A stretch of 64,000 bases of DNA, taken from the NCBI GenBank assembly GCA_041666965.1, contig JBAYFX010000002.1, forward strand, positions 8,417-72,416, read 5' to 3'. Made by a program: the position numbers and the translations under genes. This DNA is from Candidatus Shapirobacteria bacterium. GTDB lineage: Bacteria; Patescibacteriota; Microgenomatia; UBA12405. Position 1 is the first letter of the stretch; each line of letters begins with the position of its first letter. This document shows positions 19,087 through 28,746 of the stretch, piece after piece. Under the pieces are notes generated by a model. It did no database searches. It saw only the letters and a list, made by a program, of their open reading frames with translations, and had not been told where the DNA came from.

Positions 19087-20310
19087 CTATTTGGCAAGCT
19101 CTTCAATTGCTCTTATTAGTTGATTATCATCTTTCCAGCTTAATTCTGGCTGAACTTTCACATCTGGAACATCGGGTTTCTCGTATTTTACTACCACGTC
19201 CGGGTCCACTCCCACACCATGTATATTTTTCCCGTCAGGCAACAGCCATTTAGCCACAGTTACATGTAAGCCGGATCCATCCGAAAAATCTTGCGGTTGT
19301 TGAACCGTGCCTTTACCAAAAGTTTTCTCACCCACCAGTTTTCCCCTTTTGTAATACTTCAGCGCTCCTGCCAAAATTTCTGAGGCACTTGCCGATCCCC
19401 CATTTACCAAAATGGTTAGCTTAGGTTTAGTCAGCCTTCCGGCACTTTTGTCCACCTCATACACCTTTTCTCCCTTGTTATCCGCTTGTTTTACCACTAT
19501 ACCCTTCTCCAGCAAGTCAGACGCTACTACTACACTCGCCTCCAAATACCCCCCCGGGTTGTTTCTCAAGTCCAGCACCATTCCACCCAAATTTTTCTTA
19601 GCGTTGATTTGTTCTACCATTGTCGGCCACTCTTCAAAAATCCTTTCGCTAAATTTATTCAACTGTATCCAAGCTACGTTTTCCGACTCACCCACCCACT
19701 TAAGCTCCAAGCTCGGTACCACAATATTATCCCGAATTAGCTTTACTTCAAATGGCTCCACGTCCCCCTCCCGAAACATCTTTAGAGTCACCTCAGTCCC
19801 AATCTTACCCCTAATCAAATTAACTGCTTCCTCCAGTCCAATACCCACTGTATCCCGGTCAACTTTGTTTTCTTTATCTATTATTTTTAAAATTAAGTCC
19901 CCTGCTTTCAGCCCCGCCCTCATTGCCGGGCTATTGGCCATTGGTGCCACCACCGCCAAATTTCTGTCTTTAAATCCTAAGCTTATGCCTACTCCTCCAA
20001 ATTCTCCGTTCAAATCCTCATTTGACCTTTCGTTATCAGCCGGCGGTAAATATACGGTATATGGATCACCCAAAGACTGTACCAACCCTGAAATCGCCCC
20101 ATAAACCATGCTTTTATTCTCGATTTTTTTTGGGTCCAAATACATTTGTTCCAATTTATCTTTAACCACCCACATCATATTCAAATCCAGTTTACCGGTT
20201 TTCTCCGCCGTCACCGTGTTTTGGGTTTTGGCACTCTGGTAACCAGACAAATACCCAACAGCCAGTATTGCTAATACCACAGCAATATTTTTAATTTTTA
20301 GCATTCTCAA
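19087..20310 (-). CDS. ctpA: Carboxy-terminal processing peptidase S41 (CtpA)
   Basis: PDZ domain followed by S41 catalytic blocks ILVNGGSASASEILAGAL and FGKGTVQ. N-terminal signal/TM. Confidence 0.85.
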   Translation of the reverse strand: MRMLKIKNIAVVLAILAVGYLSGYQSAKTQNTVTAEKTGKLDLNMMWVVKDKLEQMYLDPKKIENKSMVYGAISGLVQSLGDPYTVYLPPADNERSNEDLNGEFGGVGISLGFKDRNLAVVAPMANSPAMRAGLKAGDLILKIIDKENKVDRDTVGIGLEEAVNLIRGKIGTEVTLKMFREGDVEPFEVKLIRDNIVVPSLELKWVGESENVAWIQLNKFSERIFEEWPTMVEQINAKKNLGGMVLDLRNNPGGYLEASVVVASDLLEKGIVVKQADNKGEKVYEVDKSAGRLTKPKLTILVNGGSASASEILAGALKYYKRGKLVGEKTFGKGTVQQPQDFSDGSGLHVTVAKWLLPDGKNIHGVGVDPDVVVKYEKPDVPDVKVQPELSWKDDNQLIRAIEELAK

Positions 20311-21077
20311 GATTTTACCACCAATGCCCTATTGAGCTCACTGTTAACTAAAATAGTTTGTTCTTTATTGTCAGTTTCATCTTTTAACCAAGCCCATTCT
20401 TTCTTACCAAGCTTAAGTACCGGTATTTCCAGTTCCACACTCTCTTCATCCTCCATTACCCACTCTTTAGTTACTACAGCCGCAACCCCAACTACTGCTG
20501 CCTTAATCAGCCACAAGTCATCTAGTGTTTCTACCCCGAGCACTTTCCCAGTCAGTCGGCTACTCAAATCCGTAATTTTATTTAGCCAACAATCTTTGTC
20601 CATTACCCCCCAAACCCTTCCCGAGGTCAACCCCTGTCCTTCAATTTTATTCGCGGTAAATACAAGCTCAATTTTTTCACTCCCTACCACGTCAACCTTG
20701 GCTTTAACCGGACAAATAATTTCAGATTGTTTATCCCCCTTCGTTTGAGCCACAATTAAGTTTCCAAATTCGTCAATTGTTTCTATTTTTCCTTCAATTT
20801 CGGCACTTAAATTTTTAACTCCAAAAATCTTTACCTCTCCCAAGTCAATTTTGTCTCCAATCTTAATCTCCCGACCTGCCAACACACCCCTCAATGTTTC
20901 TTTTTGCTCGTTTGTTAATTGACCAAACCAACCCGACCAATCTGCTTTTGTTTTCTGATTTGTTTCACCTACCGCCACCACGTCACCCCTCTCCACCACA
21001 TCATTCTTTTTTACTTTAATTTTAGAGTGTTGAGGTATTTCAATTACCCATCGGGCTTTAACCCTAACCATAGACAT
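20307..21077 (-). CDS. Hypothetical protein
   Basis: 256-aa ORF translationally coupled to ctpA (4-nt overlap). No recognisable motif. Confidence 0.4.
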   Translation of the reverse strand: MSMVRVKARWVIEIPQHSKIKVKKNDVVERGDVVAVGETNQKTKADWSGWFGQLTNEQKETLRGVLAGREIKIGDKIDLGEVKIFGVKNLSAEIEGKIETIDEFGNLIVAQTKGDKQSEIICPVKAKVDVVGSEKIELVFTANKIEGQGLTSGRVWGVMDKDCWLNKITDLSSRLTGKVLGVETLDDLWLIKAAVVGVAAVVTKEWVMEDEESVELEIPVLKLGKKEWAWLKDETDNKEQTILVNSELNRALVVKS

Positions 21078-21094
21078 TCCCCATTATAACCTTA

Positions 21095-21349
21095 CTACTC
21101 TTTTTCAGCTACTACCCCAGAGAATGATAGTAGTGCCAAATGCCGTGCTTGTTTAATACAGCGAGCCAATCCCTTTTGGTGTCGGGCACAAACTCCGCTT
21201 TGCTTCCGGGCCATAATTCTACCCCTGGCTGTCAAAAAAGCAGAAATTGTCCCTACTTCGCGCCAATTCAATACTTTTTTCTCAGCGCACATCGGGCAAA
21301 CCTGGTTAATTTTTATAATTCTTTTTCTTTTTGGTTTAATTCCGGCCAT
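21095..21349 (-). CDS. rpsR: 30S ribosomal protein S18
   Basis: ISAFLTARGRIMARKQSGVCARHQKGLARCIKQARHLALL matches the S18 core. Confidence 0.8.
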   Translation of the reverse strand: MAGIKPKRKRIIKINQVCPMCAEKKVLNWREVGTISAFLTARGRIMARKQSGVCARHQKGLARCIKQARHLALLSFSGVVAEKE

Positions 21350-21358
21350 ATGTTTATT

Positions 21359-21892
21359 TTAAAAAGGTATTTCGTCTTTTTTGGCAGTGTCGTCAGCTGG
21401 TTGTTCACCCGCTGGAGCTGGTGCTTCCCCGCCAATATCGCCAAAATCGTCTGGAATTGTAATTTCACCCATCTCTGGAGCGGCCATATCGTCGCCAACA
21501 GCTACTTCTTGCTGTTGTTGCTGCTGCTGATGCGCCCCCTCAGTTTTCATTCCTGGACGGCTGTCAAGCACCATCATGTCATCAATTACTATTTCAGTAA
21601 TTTGTTTGCGGTTACCTTCCTGGTCAGTAATTTCTCGGTATTGAATTCTACCTTCAACAAACACCCTTCGACCTTTAGCCAATAGTTGAGAACAAAGTTC
21701 GGCTAGTTTATTCCAAGCTACAATTCTATGAAATTGAGCGTCTTCTTTTCTTTCCCCTTGTTTGGTTACCCACACCCGATTGGTGGCCAATCCAAAGCTG
21801 GTTACAGCCATTCCCCCAGGAGTATATCGAAGTTCAGGGTCTCTGGTTAAATTTCCAATTAAGCTAACTTTATTTAAGCATCTGCTGGGCAT
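21359..21892 (-). CDS. ssb: Single-stranded DNA-binding protein
   Basis: OB-fold N-terminus VSLIGNLTRDPELRYTPGGMAVTSFGLATN, a poly-Q linker, and an acidic C-terminal tail ending DEIPF. Confidence 0.9.
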   Translation of the reverse strand: MPSRCLNKVSLIGNLTRDPELRYTPGGMAVTSFGLATNRVWVTKQGERKEDAQFHRIVAWNKLAELCSQLLAKGRRVFVEGRIQYREITDQEGNRKQITEIVIDDMMVLDSRPGMKTEGAHQQQQQQQEVAVGDDMAAPEMGEITIPDDFGDIGGEAPAPAGEQPADDTAKKDEIPF

Positions 21893-21901
21893 GGTTTCTC
21901 C

Positions 21902-22183
21902 TTATTTCTTGATTAGTAAATAACGAATAATATTATTGTTCCGATTTAAAGTTAAGCTAAAGGCTTTGTGGTCAATTGGTTTTTTAGTGGCTAAGTTCCA
22001 TACCCAATAATTCCCTTTCTCTAGCTTTCGAATCTGATATGCCAATTTCTTGGTTCCCATATTTTCTTCACCGGTAATCTCCCAGCCGAAGGCTGTGAGT
22101 TGTTTTTTAACTTCCTCTGAAGCCGTCGCTTCTGCTTTAGGGCTCAGAATGGTTATTAATTCGTAATTTTTTATTGTATCCAT
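21902..22183 (-). CDS. rpsF: 30S ribosomal protein S6
   Basis: YELITILSP...TKKLAYQIRKLEKGNYWVWNL fits S6. The rpsF-ssb-rpsR order is conserved. Confidence 0.75.
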   Translation of the reverse strand: MDTIKNYELITILSPKAEATASEEVKKQLTAFGWEITGEENMGTKKLAYQIRKLEKGNYWVWNLATKKPIDHKAFSLTLNRNNNIIRYLLIKK

Positions 22184-22213
22184 AAATCGGATTTTAGCTT
22201 AACACAGCCCCTT

Positions 22214-22555
22214 CTATTTTACAACGGTTTCTTCACCAATAGTTTGTTGAAGTTTCTGTTTTCCTTGATTAATCACGTTTTCAGTAAGTTGATCAATCTC
22301 TACCGCTGCTTTTTCTGACGCTGTATCAACTTCTTTTAAAAAATCCCCCATTGCTTGGCTTGTTTGTTCACACGCGTCAGCCTCAATCTGGGCCATCTCA
22401 ATTTCCAAGTCAATCAACGCCGTTAATTTGTCGATTCTCTCATCATCTAAAACATAATCATCAGCCAACCCGAAAAGTATTTCATTGGCTTTTTCATTTA
22501 CTTCCGTAGCAAACGACAAATCCCCAATTAGTTTTTTTGCCTCGTCAACTCTCAT
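22214..22555 (-). CDS. Acidic hypothetical protein
   Basis: 113-aa ORF, helical and acidic. No recognised family. Confidence 0.4.
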   Translation of the reverse strand: MRVDEAKKLIGDLSFATEVNEKANEILFGLADDYVLDDERIDKLTALIDLEIEMAQIEADACEQTSQAMGDFLKEVDTASEKAAVEIDQLTENVINQGKQKLQQTIGEETVVK

Positions 22556-22572
22556 AATTTATATTAACACTC

Positions 22573-23310
22573 TTATGCTGCACTCAAAGTTGTTGCGGCT
22601 TTGTATTTTGCCTTAGAAGCTTCATCCGCTAACTTTTTTACTTTTCTGGCATCTGCTCTCTCATTTTCTAAATCATGTTTGGCTTTTCGAGCAGTTTCGA
22701 CTCTTTGATAAAGTTTTTGGGCACGATTCTGTAGTTGTGTACATCTTTCATTCATCTGTGGATATACCCTTGAAAATCTACGTAATACTTCATACTCCTC
22801 CTCATTGTCAGGATTTAGAGCAACTGCTGTTTTATCCATCGCAGCAATTTTCTCGTCTTCCTTTTGAGCTCGCAACACCGAAATATCTGCCGGTAATTGC
22901 CTTACCCTGTCAATCCCGTCTCTGAATTTGCTAACCAAACCTGGTCCAACACCTAACTCCTGGCAACGGGTTTTTACCCCTTCAACCTTATCTTTTACTC
23001 GTTCACCTATAGTTTTGACTCTTTCCCACAAACTTTTACCTGCCACACTCACTGTTTCGCCTAAATTTCTCAATGTTTGTTTAACTCCACCATCAAAATC
23101 ACCCTTAACTTCCCCAATAACTGCTTCTGCCCTGTCTCTAATTCCCTGAACTCCGGCTCCAACAAATGCTCTAGCCTCAACCGCAAAGTCCTGAACCCTA
23201 TCTCTACCTCTACCTAAAGCACCCGTAAATTTTTCCCAACCGCTACTAACACTGGTTTTCATTCTTTCCCATATATTCGGACGGTTTACTTGTGGAGGCG
23301 CTTCAGTCAT
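22573..23310 (-). CDS. Coiled-coil hypothetical protein
   Basis: 245-aa ORF rich in R/K/E heptad-like segments. Confidence 0.4.
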   Translation of the reverse strand: MTEAPPQVNRPNIWERMKTSVSSGWEKFTGALGRGRDRVQDFAVEARAFVGAGVQGIRDRAEAVIGEVKGDFDGGVKQTLRNLGETVSVAGKSLWERVKTIGERVKDKVEGVKTRCQELGVGPGLVSKFRDGIDRVRQLPADISVLRAQKEDEKIAAMDKTAVALNPDNEEEYEVLRRFSRVYPQMNERCTQLQNRAQKLYQRVETARKAKHDLENERADARKVKKLADEASKAKYKAATTLSAA

Positions 23311-23354
23311 TTGTGTTTAATTAAATTATTATAGGGTAATTATATAGCTTTTTT

Positions 23355-24743
23355 TTAGTCTGTCAACTTGTTAGCTTTTGGGCCTTGGGGCGTGTCCTCC
23401 ACTTCCCAACCTTTAGATTTGATTTCGTCACGTAACCGGTCAGATTCCGCCCAATTTTTCTCACTTCTGGCTTTGGTTCTGGCTTCCATTAGTGTTTCTA
23501 TTTCCTCAGGCACTTCCTCTTTTATACTATAATTATATTGATCCAACTTTAATCCCAATACTCTATCAAAGTCCAGAATTGTTGCTTTTCGGTCCTCATG
23601 GGAAACTGTTTCATCCTTAACCAATTTCCAAACCAAAGCCAGGGCCTCAGGTGTCGCTAAATCATCTGCTAGTTTCTCAATAAACTGACTCTTATAAGTT
23701 TCATTGACCACTCCCCCATCCGGCCACTGATTAATTTTTTCTCTAAGTTTGTTTAAAGCAACTTGGGATGATTTTAAAGAATCTAGGGAAAATTCGATTC
23801 CTTTCCGGTAATGGGACGTTAAAAACTGGTATCTATACCAAAGCGGATCATAACCCATCTCAATCAATTGAGCCACAGTATATAACCCTCCTTCTGACTT
23901 AGATATTTTTCTCCCTCCTGGTCCGGTTAAAAATCCATTATGTATCCAGTAATTAGCTGTCTGGTGGCCAAATGCTCCAAAACCTTGAGCAATTTCGTTG
24001 CTGTGATGAATCGGTATATGGTCAATTCCCCCAGTATGAATGTCAAAAACTTCGCCTAAATTTTTAACAGACATGGCTGTGCACTCTATGTGCCACCCAG
24101 GAAATCCCTTACCCCAAGGGCTGTCCCATTCCATTTCTCTTTTCCTGTCTTTAGGGCTAAATTTCCATAATGCAAAATCACTTTTATTTCTTTTTTGTCG
24201 GCTAATGTCATCACGGTCTGTATCAATTTGCTCATCTAATTTTAAGCGGGCAAACTTCGCATAATCAACAAACTTACTGGTATCAAAATATACGCCATCA
24301 TCGATTACATAGGTAAAACCGTTACTTTCTATCCTTTTTATTAGATCTATTTGTTCTTTAATATATTCTGTCGCCCGGCAAACCACTTCAGGTTTCTCAA
24401 TATTCAACGCCTCACTGCTTTCAAAAAACTCCTGTTCATATTTTTTAGCCACATCCCACACGCTTATCCCCTCTCTTATAGCTCCTTTCTCCATTTTATC
24501 CTCACCGCTACTGGCCAATTCCCCAACATCCGTTATATTCATTACTCTCTTAACTTCGTACCCTAAATAGCGCAAACTCCTTACTAATATGTCATTAAAT
24601 AAGTAGGCATACATGTTTCCTACATGAGGACTCCAATACACTGTCGGGCCGCACGAATAAATTCCTACCTTACCTTCAGTAATTGGTTTAAACTCCTCTT
24701 TCAGTCTGATAGCCGTATTGTATAAATTCACCTTTATTGACAT
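23355..24743 (-). CDS. cysS: Cysteinyl-tRNA synthetase
   Basis: HIGH-region (CGPTVYWSPHVGNMYAY) and KMSKS variant (KISKSEG), plus a Zn-binding Cys. Confidence 0.9.
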   Translation of the reverse strand: MSIKVNLYNTAIRLKEEFKPITEGKVGIYSCGPTVYWSPHVGNMYAYLFNDILVRSLRYLGYEVKRVMNITDVGELASSGEDKMEKGAIREGISVWDVAKKYEQEFFESSEALNIEKPEVVCRATEYIKEQIDLIKRIESNGFTYVIDDGVYFDTSKFVDYAKFARLKLDEQIDTDRDDISRQKRNKSDFALWKFSPKDRKREMEWDSPWGKGFPGWHIECTAMSVKNLGEVFDIHTGGIDHIPIHHSNEIAQGFGAFGHQTANYWIHNGFLTGPGGRKISKSEGGLYTVAQLIEMGYDPLWYRYQFLTSHYRKGIEFSLDSLKSSQVALNKLREKINQWPDGGVVNETYKSQFIEKLADDLATPEALALVWKLVKDETVSHEDRKATILDFDRVLGLKLDQYNYSIKEEVPEEIETLMEARTKARSEKNWAESDRLRDEIKSKGWEVEDTPQGPKANKLTD

Positions 24744-24763
24744 GTCTCAATTTTATCACCAGT

Positions 24764-25294
24764 TTAATCTATCTTTCCCCCTTTAAACTCGCCGGTTTCC
24801 GACATGTCCGCCTGGCTGGCTTTCCCCTGCTTCCCGGTTTTAAAAGCGCTGCCCCGACTCTTTTTCCGTTTGGCCGGATTACTTGATTCTCCAAAGTTGG
24901 TCCATAGGCTTTGTTGCTCAGCAAGTTCGGCTAACCTTTGTTGGCGCAACTGTTCCAAAAACCTTTCCTGCTCTTCCTCTTCTTGAGTTTTGTTTTTACG
25001 TACCTCTTCAATTTCCTGCCCCACATTCCTCCCCATAATCTGTTGTTTTATTTGTTCAATTTCTCTATTTTTGGCCTCTTCATCGGCCTGTTTTGCTTTA
25101 TTATAATCATTAGTGTCCATTGCCTGAATATTCCCCAACCAATCCTTCCCGGTAATTACCCCATCCGCCATTTTAAAAGTTTCCTTCTTGGCAATCTCTA
25201 CCGTTTCCGTTCCAATGGTTTTAATTCCCTGCCACCATTGTTTGGCAATTTGTTTCATAAAAGAGTCTACCCTAAACTGACCGTTTTGACTCAA
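24764..25294 (-). CDS. E/Q-rich coiled-coil hypothetical protein
   Basis: 176-aa ORF with a low-complexity E/Q/K-rich centre. Overlaps the recR start by 23 nt. Confidence 0.35.
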   Translation of the reverse strand: MSQNGQFRVDSFMKQIAKQWWQGIKTIGTETVEIAKKETFKMADGVITGKDWLGNIQAMDTNDYNKAKQADEEAKNREIEQIKQQIMGRNVGQEIEEVRKNKTQEEEEQERFLEQLRQQRLAELAEQQSLWTNFGESSNPAKRKKSRGSAFKTGKQGKASQADMSETGEFKGGKID

Positions 25295-25874
25295 TGGCCC
25301 GAGCTAAAGTGGCTACGTCCGCATAAGTCAAATCAGCCCCCATGGGCATTCCGCTTCCCACCCGATTGATTTCTACCCCCGGGTTCTGTTCTTTGATTTT
25401 TTTGCCCAAATATAATCCCGTAGCCTCCCCTTCAATTGTAAAACTCAGTGCCAACATCACCTCCTCCACTTCTTCATCTTTTATCCGGTCAAACAACTCT
25501 TTGACTCTTATTTCATCCGGTCCAATATGCTCAAGCGGGTTAATCAAACCACCCAATACGTGATATAGCCCCTTATAACTACCGGTGTTTTCAATCGCAA
25601 TTACATCCGTCATTTTTTCCACCACTGCCACTATCTTTTTATTTCGGCTTACATCACAGCAAATCGAACAAATATCATCCTCAGTTAAGCTGAAACAAAC
25701 CGTGCATCGCTTAATATTCTTTTTGGCATCTACCAAAGTTTGGGACAATTTAAAAGCTACTACTTCCGGCGACTCGGCAATATACAGGGCCAGCCTCTGA
25801 GCTGATTTTGGCCCAATCGAGGGCAAGGCCCCCAATGCCGCTACTAACTTGGATAAAGAATCAGGTAGTTCCAC
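25272..25874 (-). CDS. recR: Recombination protein RecR
   Basis: HhH N-terminus, C4 zinc finger CTVCFSLTEDDICSICCD, and a Toprim domain. Confidence 0.9.
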   Translation of the reverse strand: MELPDSLSKLVAALGALPSIGPKSAQRLALYIAESPEVVAFKLSQTLVDAKKNIKRCTVCFSLTEDDICSICCDVSRNKKIVAVVEKMTDVIAIENTGSYKGLYHVLGGLINPLEHIGPDEIRVKELFDRIKDEEVEEVMLALSFTIEGEATGLYLGKKIKEQNPGVEINRVGSGMPMGADLTYADVATLARAIESKRSV

Positions 25875-25875
25875 G

Positions 25876-26124
25876 CTACATTAAACCATCAAGCCCGCCC
25901 ATTTCTTTCATTTTCCGGGCAGCCACTTCTTGGGCTTTTTTCATGGCTTTATTAATCACTTCCACTACAATTTTATTCTCTCCACCGTTAATGGTCAGTT
26001 TACGAATTTTGTTGTCTCCCGATACTTCTACCATCACCCCATTTTCTTCTACCACCACTACCTCCCCCTCAATCGCTCTCTTAAGTTTTAATGCCTGGGC
26101 AATCATTTTTGCTTTGTCAAACAT
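25876..26124 (-). CDS. ybaB: YbaB/EbfC nucleoid-associated protein
   Basis: 82 aa. MFDKAKMIAQALKLKRAIEG...VTINGG pattern. Sits in the conserved dnaX-ybaB-recR order. Confidence 0.7.
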   Translation of the reverse strand: MFDKAKMIAQALKLKRAIEGEVVVVEENGVMVEVSGDNKIRKLTINGGENKIVVEVINKAMKKAQEVAARKMKEMGGLDGLM

Positions 26125-26164
26125 GGATTTTATTTACTTGTTAACTTTAAGTATCTTACCAGTA

Positions 26165-27691
26165 TTAGCCAAAAATTTCCCGGGCTGCTTGGTACAAATC
26201 TTTATTTTCCGGCTCCGTAGCGGGTTTGCTTCCTGCTTCCACAGATTCCACTTTTGGCACCACAATTGGCGGCTTTACTCCCGGTTTTCCCAATTTACAT
26301 ACAAACACCAGCTCGCTTCCCAACACCAGTTTTAGCACTTCTTCAATTACTCTCCGGTTTCGGGTCTCCTCAAGCCTTTCTTTGTGAAACGGATAAAATA
26401 CTTCTACCGTCAGCTCATTTCCTTCCAGTTCTACTGGTTTGGTTGCTCTTAGAAATGCTTCAATTGAGTGGTTATAAGGCTTGACTTTAGCCAAAACTTC
26501 AGCCCATTTTTCCGCAATCTGCTCTAAACTTACACTACCCACTGCCACTTTTTTAACTATTTTTTCATCCTTTTGAGAAACTACTTCCTTTTTGGGTTGA
26601 GGAATTATTTCTTTAGTTGTAGTTGGAACGCTCCCAGGCTTTTCCTTAAATTTAACTACCGCTAACTCCAGGGGCAATTGTGATAACGGACAATATTTCA
26701 TCTGTCCACTTGCTCCAATTAATTGGTCAATCCACCTAACCCAATAATTTCTCTTTTCATTGTCTCCCCCCCCTGCTAACAACTGTTGTTGGGAGGTTAG
26801 CACCAACCTTTCCAAAAACGCGCTAAAATCAACTCCTTTTTGCGCCATTTCCTCAATTTTAGCCAGTATTTCTTCAACTTCTTTTGTCTCCAAGTCGCTC
26901 AATAACTCACCAGCTCCATACGTACCCCAAATTCTTGAAGAAAACTTGGTCCATTCCTCATCCCCTATCTTTTTACCAACCTCTATTACCAGTTCATTAA
27001 GTAACCGGTGTAAATTTCTAAAACTCCCCTCGCTTTTAGCAATCAGCCCCGCTGCTACGGTTTGAGACATTTCCAACTCCTCACTTTTAACCACCCGGTC
27101 CAAAGACATTTTCAAATCTTCCTCTTTCCCAGCGTTAAATTCCACTTTTACTAATCTTGAAACTATGGTTTCGGGGATCTTTTGGGGGTCGGTCGTACAC
27201 ATTATAAAATAGGTGTTAGCTGGTGGTTCTTCCAAAAGTTTTAGTAGCGCTCCAAAAGCTTCCTTGGTCATCATTTGGGCCTCATCGATTATTATTACCT
27301 TATTTTTCAATTTTGTTGGCGCCAAAAACACTTTTTCCTTCAACATTCTTACCTCATCAATTCCCCGGTTAGATGCCGCATCCATTTCCATAATATCCAT
27401 TGATTTACCCCTACCAATTTCCAAACAATTTTCGCATTTTCCGCAAGCATCTGTTCCTTCTTTTAGGCAATTAACTGCCTTAGCAAAAATCCGAGCTGCA
27501 CTGGTCTTTCCCGACCCCTTCGGTCCACAAAATAAATAGCTTTTGGGAATCGAGCCCTCAACAACTTTTTTTTTGAAAATTGAGCCCAATACTTCCCGTC
27601 CACTACTGTTATCCAGCTCACTTATTGTTTGGGGTCGGTATTGAAGATAATAAACAGCCATCGTCCCATTTAACCAAACCCACACCCCCAA
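26165..27691 (-). CDS. dnaX: DNA polymerase III subunit gamma/tau
   Basis: Walker A GPKGSGKTSAARIFAKAVNC, zinc module CGKCENC, and a clamp-loader AAA+ fold. Confidence 0.9.
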   Translation of the reverse strand: MGVWVWLNGTMAVYYLQYRPQTISELDNSSGREVLGSIFKKKVVEGSIPKSYLFCGPKGSGKTSAARIFAKAVNCLKEGTDACGKCENCLEIGRGKSMDIMEMDAASNRGIDEVRMLKEKVFLAPTKLKNKVIIIDEAQMMTKEAFGALLKLLEEPPANTYFIMCTTDPQKIPETIVSRLVKVEFNAGKEEDLKMSLDRVVKSEELEMSQTVAAGLIAKSEGSFRNLHRLLNELVIEVGKKIGDEEWTKFSSRIWGTYGAGELLSDLETKEVEEILAKIEEMAQKGVDFSAFLERLVLTSQQQLLAGGGDNEKRNYWVRWIDQLIGASGQMKYCPLSQLPLELAVVKFKEKPGSVPTTTKEIIPQPKKEVVSQKDEKIVKKVAVGSVSLEQIAEKWAEVLAKVKPYNHSIEAFLRATKPVELEGNELTVEVFYPFHKERLEETRNRRVIEEVLKLVLGSELVFVCKLGKPGVKPPIVVPKVESVEAGSKPATEPENKDLYQAAREIFG

Positions 27692-27700
27692 TACAAGTTA

Positions 27701-28075
27701 TCAGAATTCCAAATTGGAAAAGCCATGCTCAAGCCATTCCCGAGCTACCAATTTTACGTCAATTTTATTACACTTTGCTTCTTTTATTAACAGTGGTCCA
27801 CATATCACCACATCCCCCACTCTAAAAATCCCATCCATGTCCGGCTCTCTATTTTTAGTCGGAAAAGTTAACACTTGCGGCACATAACTCCTTCGTCGAT
27901 ATTCCTGATTTAGTTTTTTTGCCTTATACTCCCCTACCAGCCATAAGCCAACTTCTCCCCTCAATTTTTCAAACTTTTTCTTTTGGCACATTTGCTCAAT
28001 TTCACCTCGCCAATTTATCCGGTCAAACTTGTTTACCCACGAACCGCCTAAAATTACTGTTACGTTAGTTTCCAC
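27701..28075 (-). CDS. YbeY-like protein (His triad not evident)
   Basis: LNQEYRRRSYVPQVLTFP...GDVVICGPLLIKEA parallels the YbeY block LN.EYR.KD.PTDVLSFP...GDIVI, but the H..H.....H metal motif is absent. Confidence 0.4.
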   Translation of the reverse strand: METNVTVILGGSWVNKFDRINWRGEIEQMCQKKKFEKLRGEVGLWLVGEYKAKKLNQEYRRRSYVPQVLTFPTKNREPDMDGIFRVGDVVICGPLLIKEAKCNKIDVKLVAREWLEHGFSNLEF

Positions 28076-28505
28076 TTAGTTTTTTCTTAACCAGCTCCGA
28101 CACCTGTCCTCCACTAGCTCGTCCCAAACTCTCAGCTATTACTTTCCGCATAATCGCTCCAAAATCTCTGTCTCCATCAGCCATAGCCCTGTCTATCATA
28201 ACCTCAAGCTCATCTTGATCCAAAGCTTTTGGTAAATAACTCTCCAACACTGCAATCTCTTTGGCTTCTGCTGCCGCTAACTCAATCCTTCCGGCGTCTT
28301 CAAATAATTTTTTAGCTTCTTGCTTATTCTTTAATTCTTTTTGCAATACCTTAGTTTCTTCAACCTCATTAAATTCATCCGCCGGAAGTTGTAGCGCCCG
28401 CTTGTCAATCAATGAAATTAAGTACCTTAAAATATCCACCATCTCTTGATCGTGGTTTTTTAAAGCCTTATCGGCTTCGGTTTTAAGTTTATCTCTTAAC
28501 AACAT
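28065..28505 (-). CDS. GatB/YqeY domain protein
   Basis: MLLRDKLKTEADKALKNHDQEMVDILRYLISLIDKRALQ resembles the YqeY N-terminus. 146 aa. Confidence 0.7.
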   Translation of the reverse strand: MLLRDKLKTEADKALKNHDQEMVDILRYLISLIDKRALQLPADEFNEVEETKVLQKELKNKQEAKKLFEDAGRIELAAAEAKEIAVLESYLPKALDQDELEVMIDRAMADGDRDFGAIMRKVIAESLGRASGGQVSELVKKKLSGN

Positions 28506-28716
28506 TGCGTCTCCTTTTGGATCGGCGGCGACACTTATCCCGCCAAATAATTACTTTTTTCTGAGCATACCGAGCGGCCGCCTTACTTACATAAGCCGTT
28601 CGCTTGCGGATTTCATCGGCTACATCCTCATCTAAGCTGATGCGCCTAAATTTCCCAATAATATCGTCTTTAGATTCTCCTTTGTTTTTTGTTACTATAA
28701 TAGACAAAAAATTCAC
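28489..28716 (-). CDS. rpsU: 30S ribosomal protein S21
   Basis: 75 aa with a basic C-terminus KCRRRSKRRRNVVKR typical of S21. Confidence 0.6.
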   Translation of the reverse strand: MNFLSIIVTKNKGESKDDIIGKFRRISLDEDVADEIRKRTAYVSKAAARYAQKKVIIWRDKCRRRSKRRRNVVKR

Positions 28717-28746
28717 CTCCTTAATTTGTTCCTATTTTACCTGTGA

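Noticed and set aside
19412-20104. 230-aa plus-strand ORF (S/T/L-rich) inside ctpA
   Set aside because: It is a shadow ORF. The CtpA frame carries the S41 catalytic motifs.
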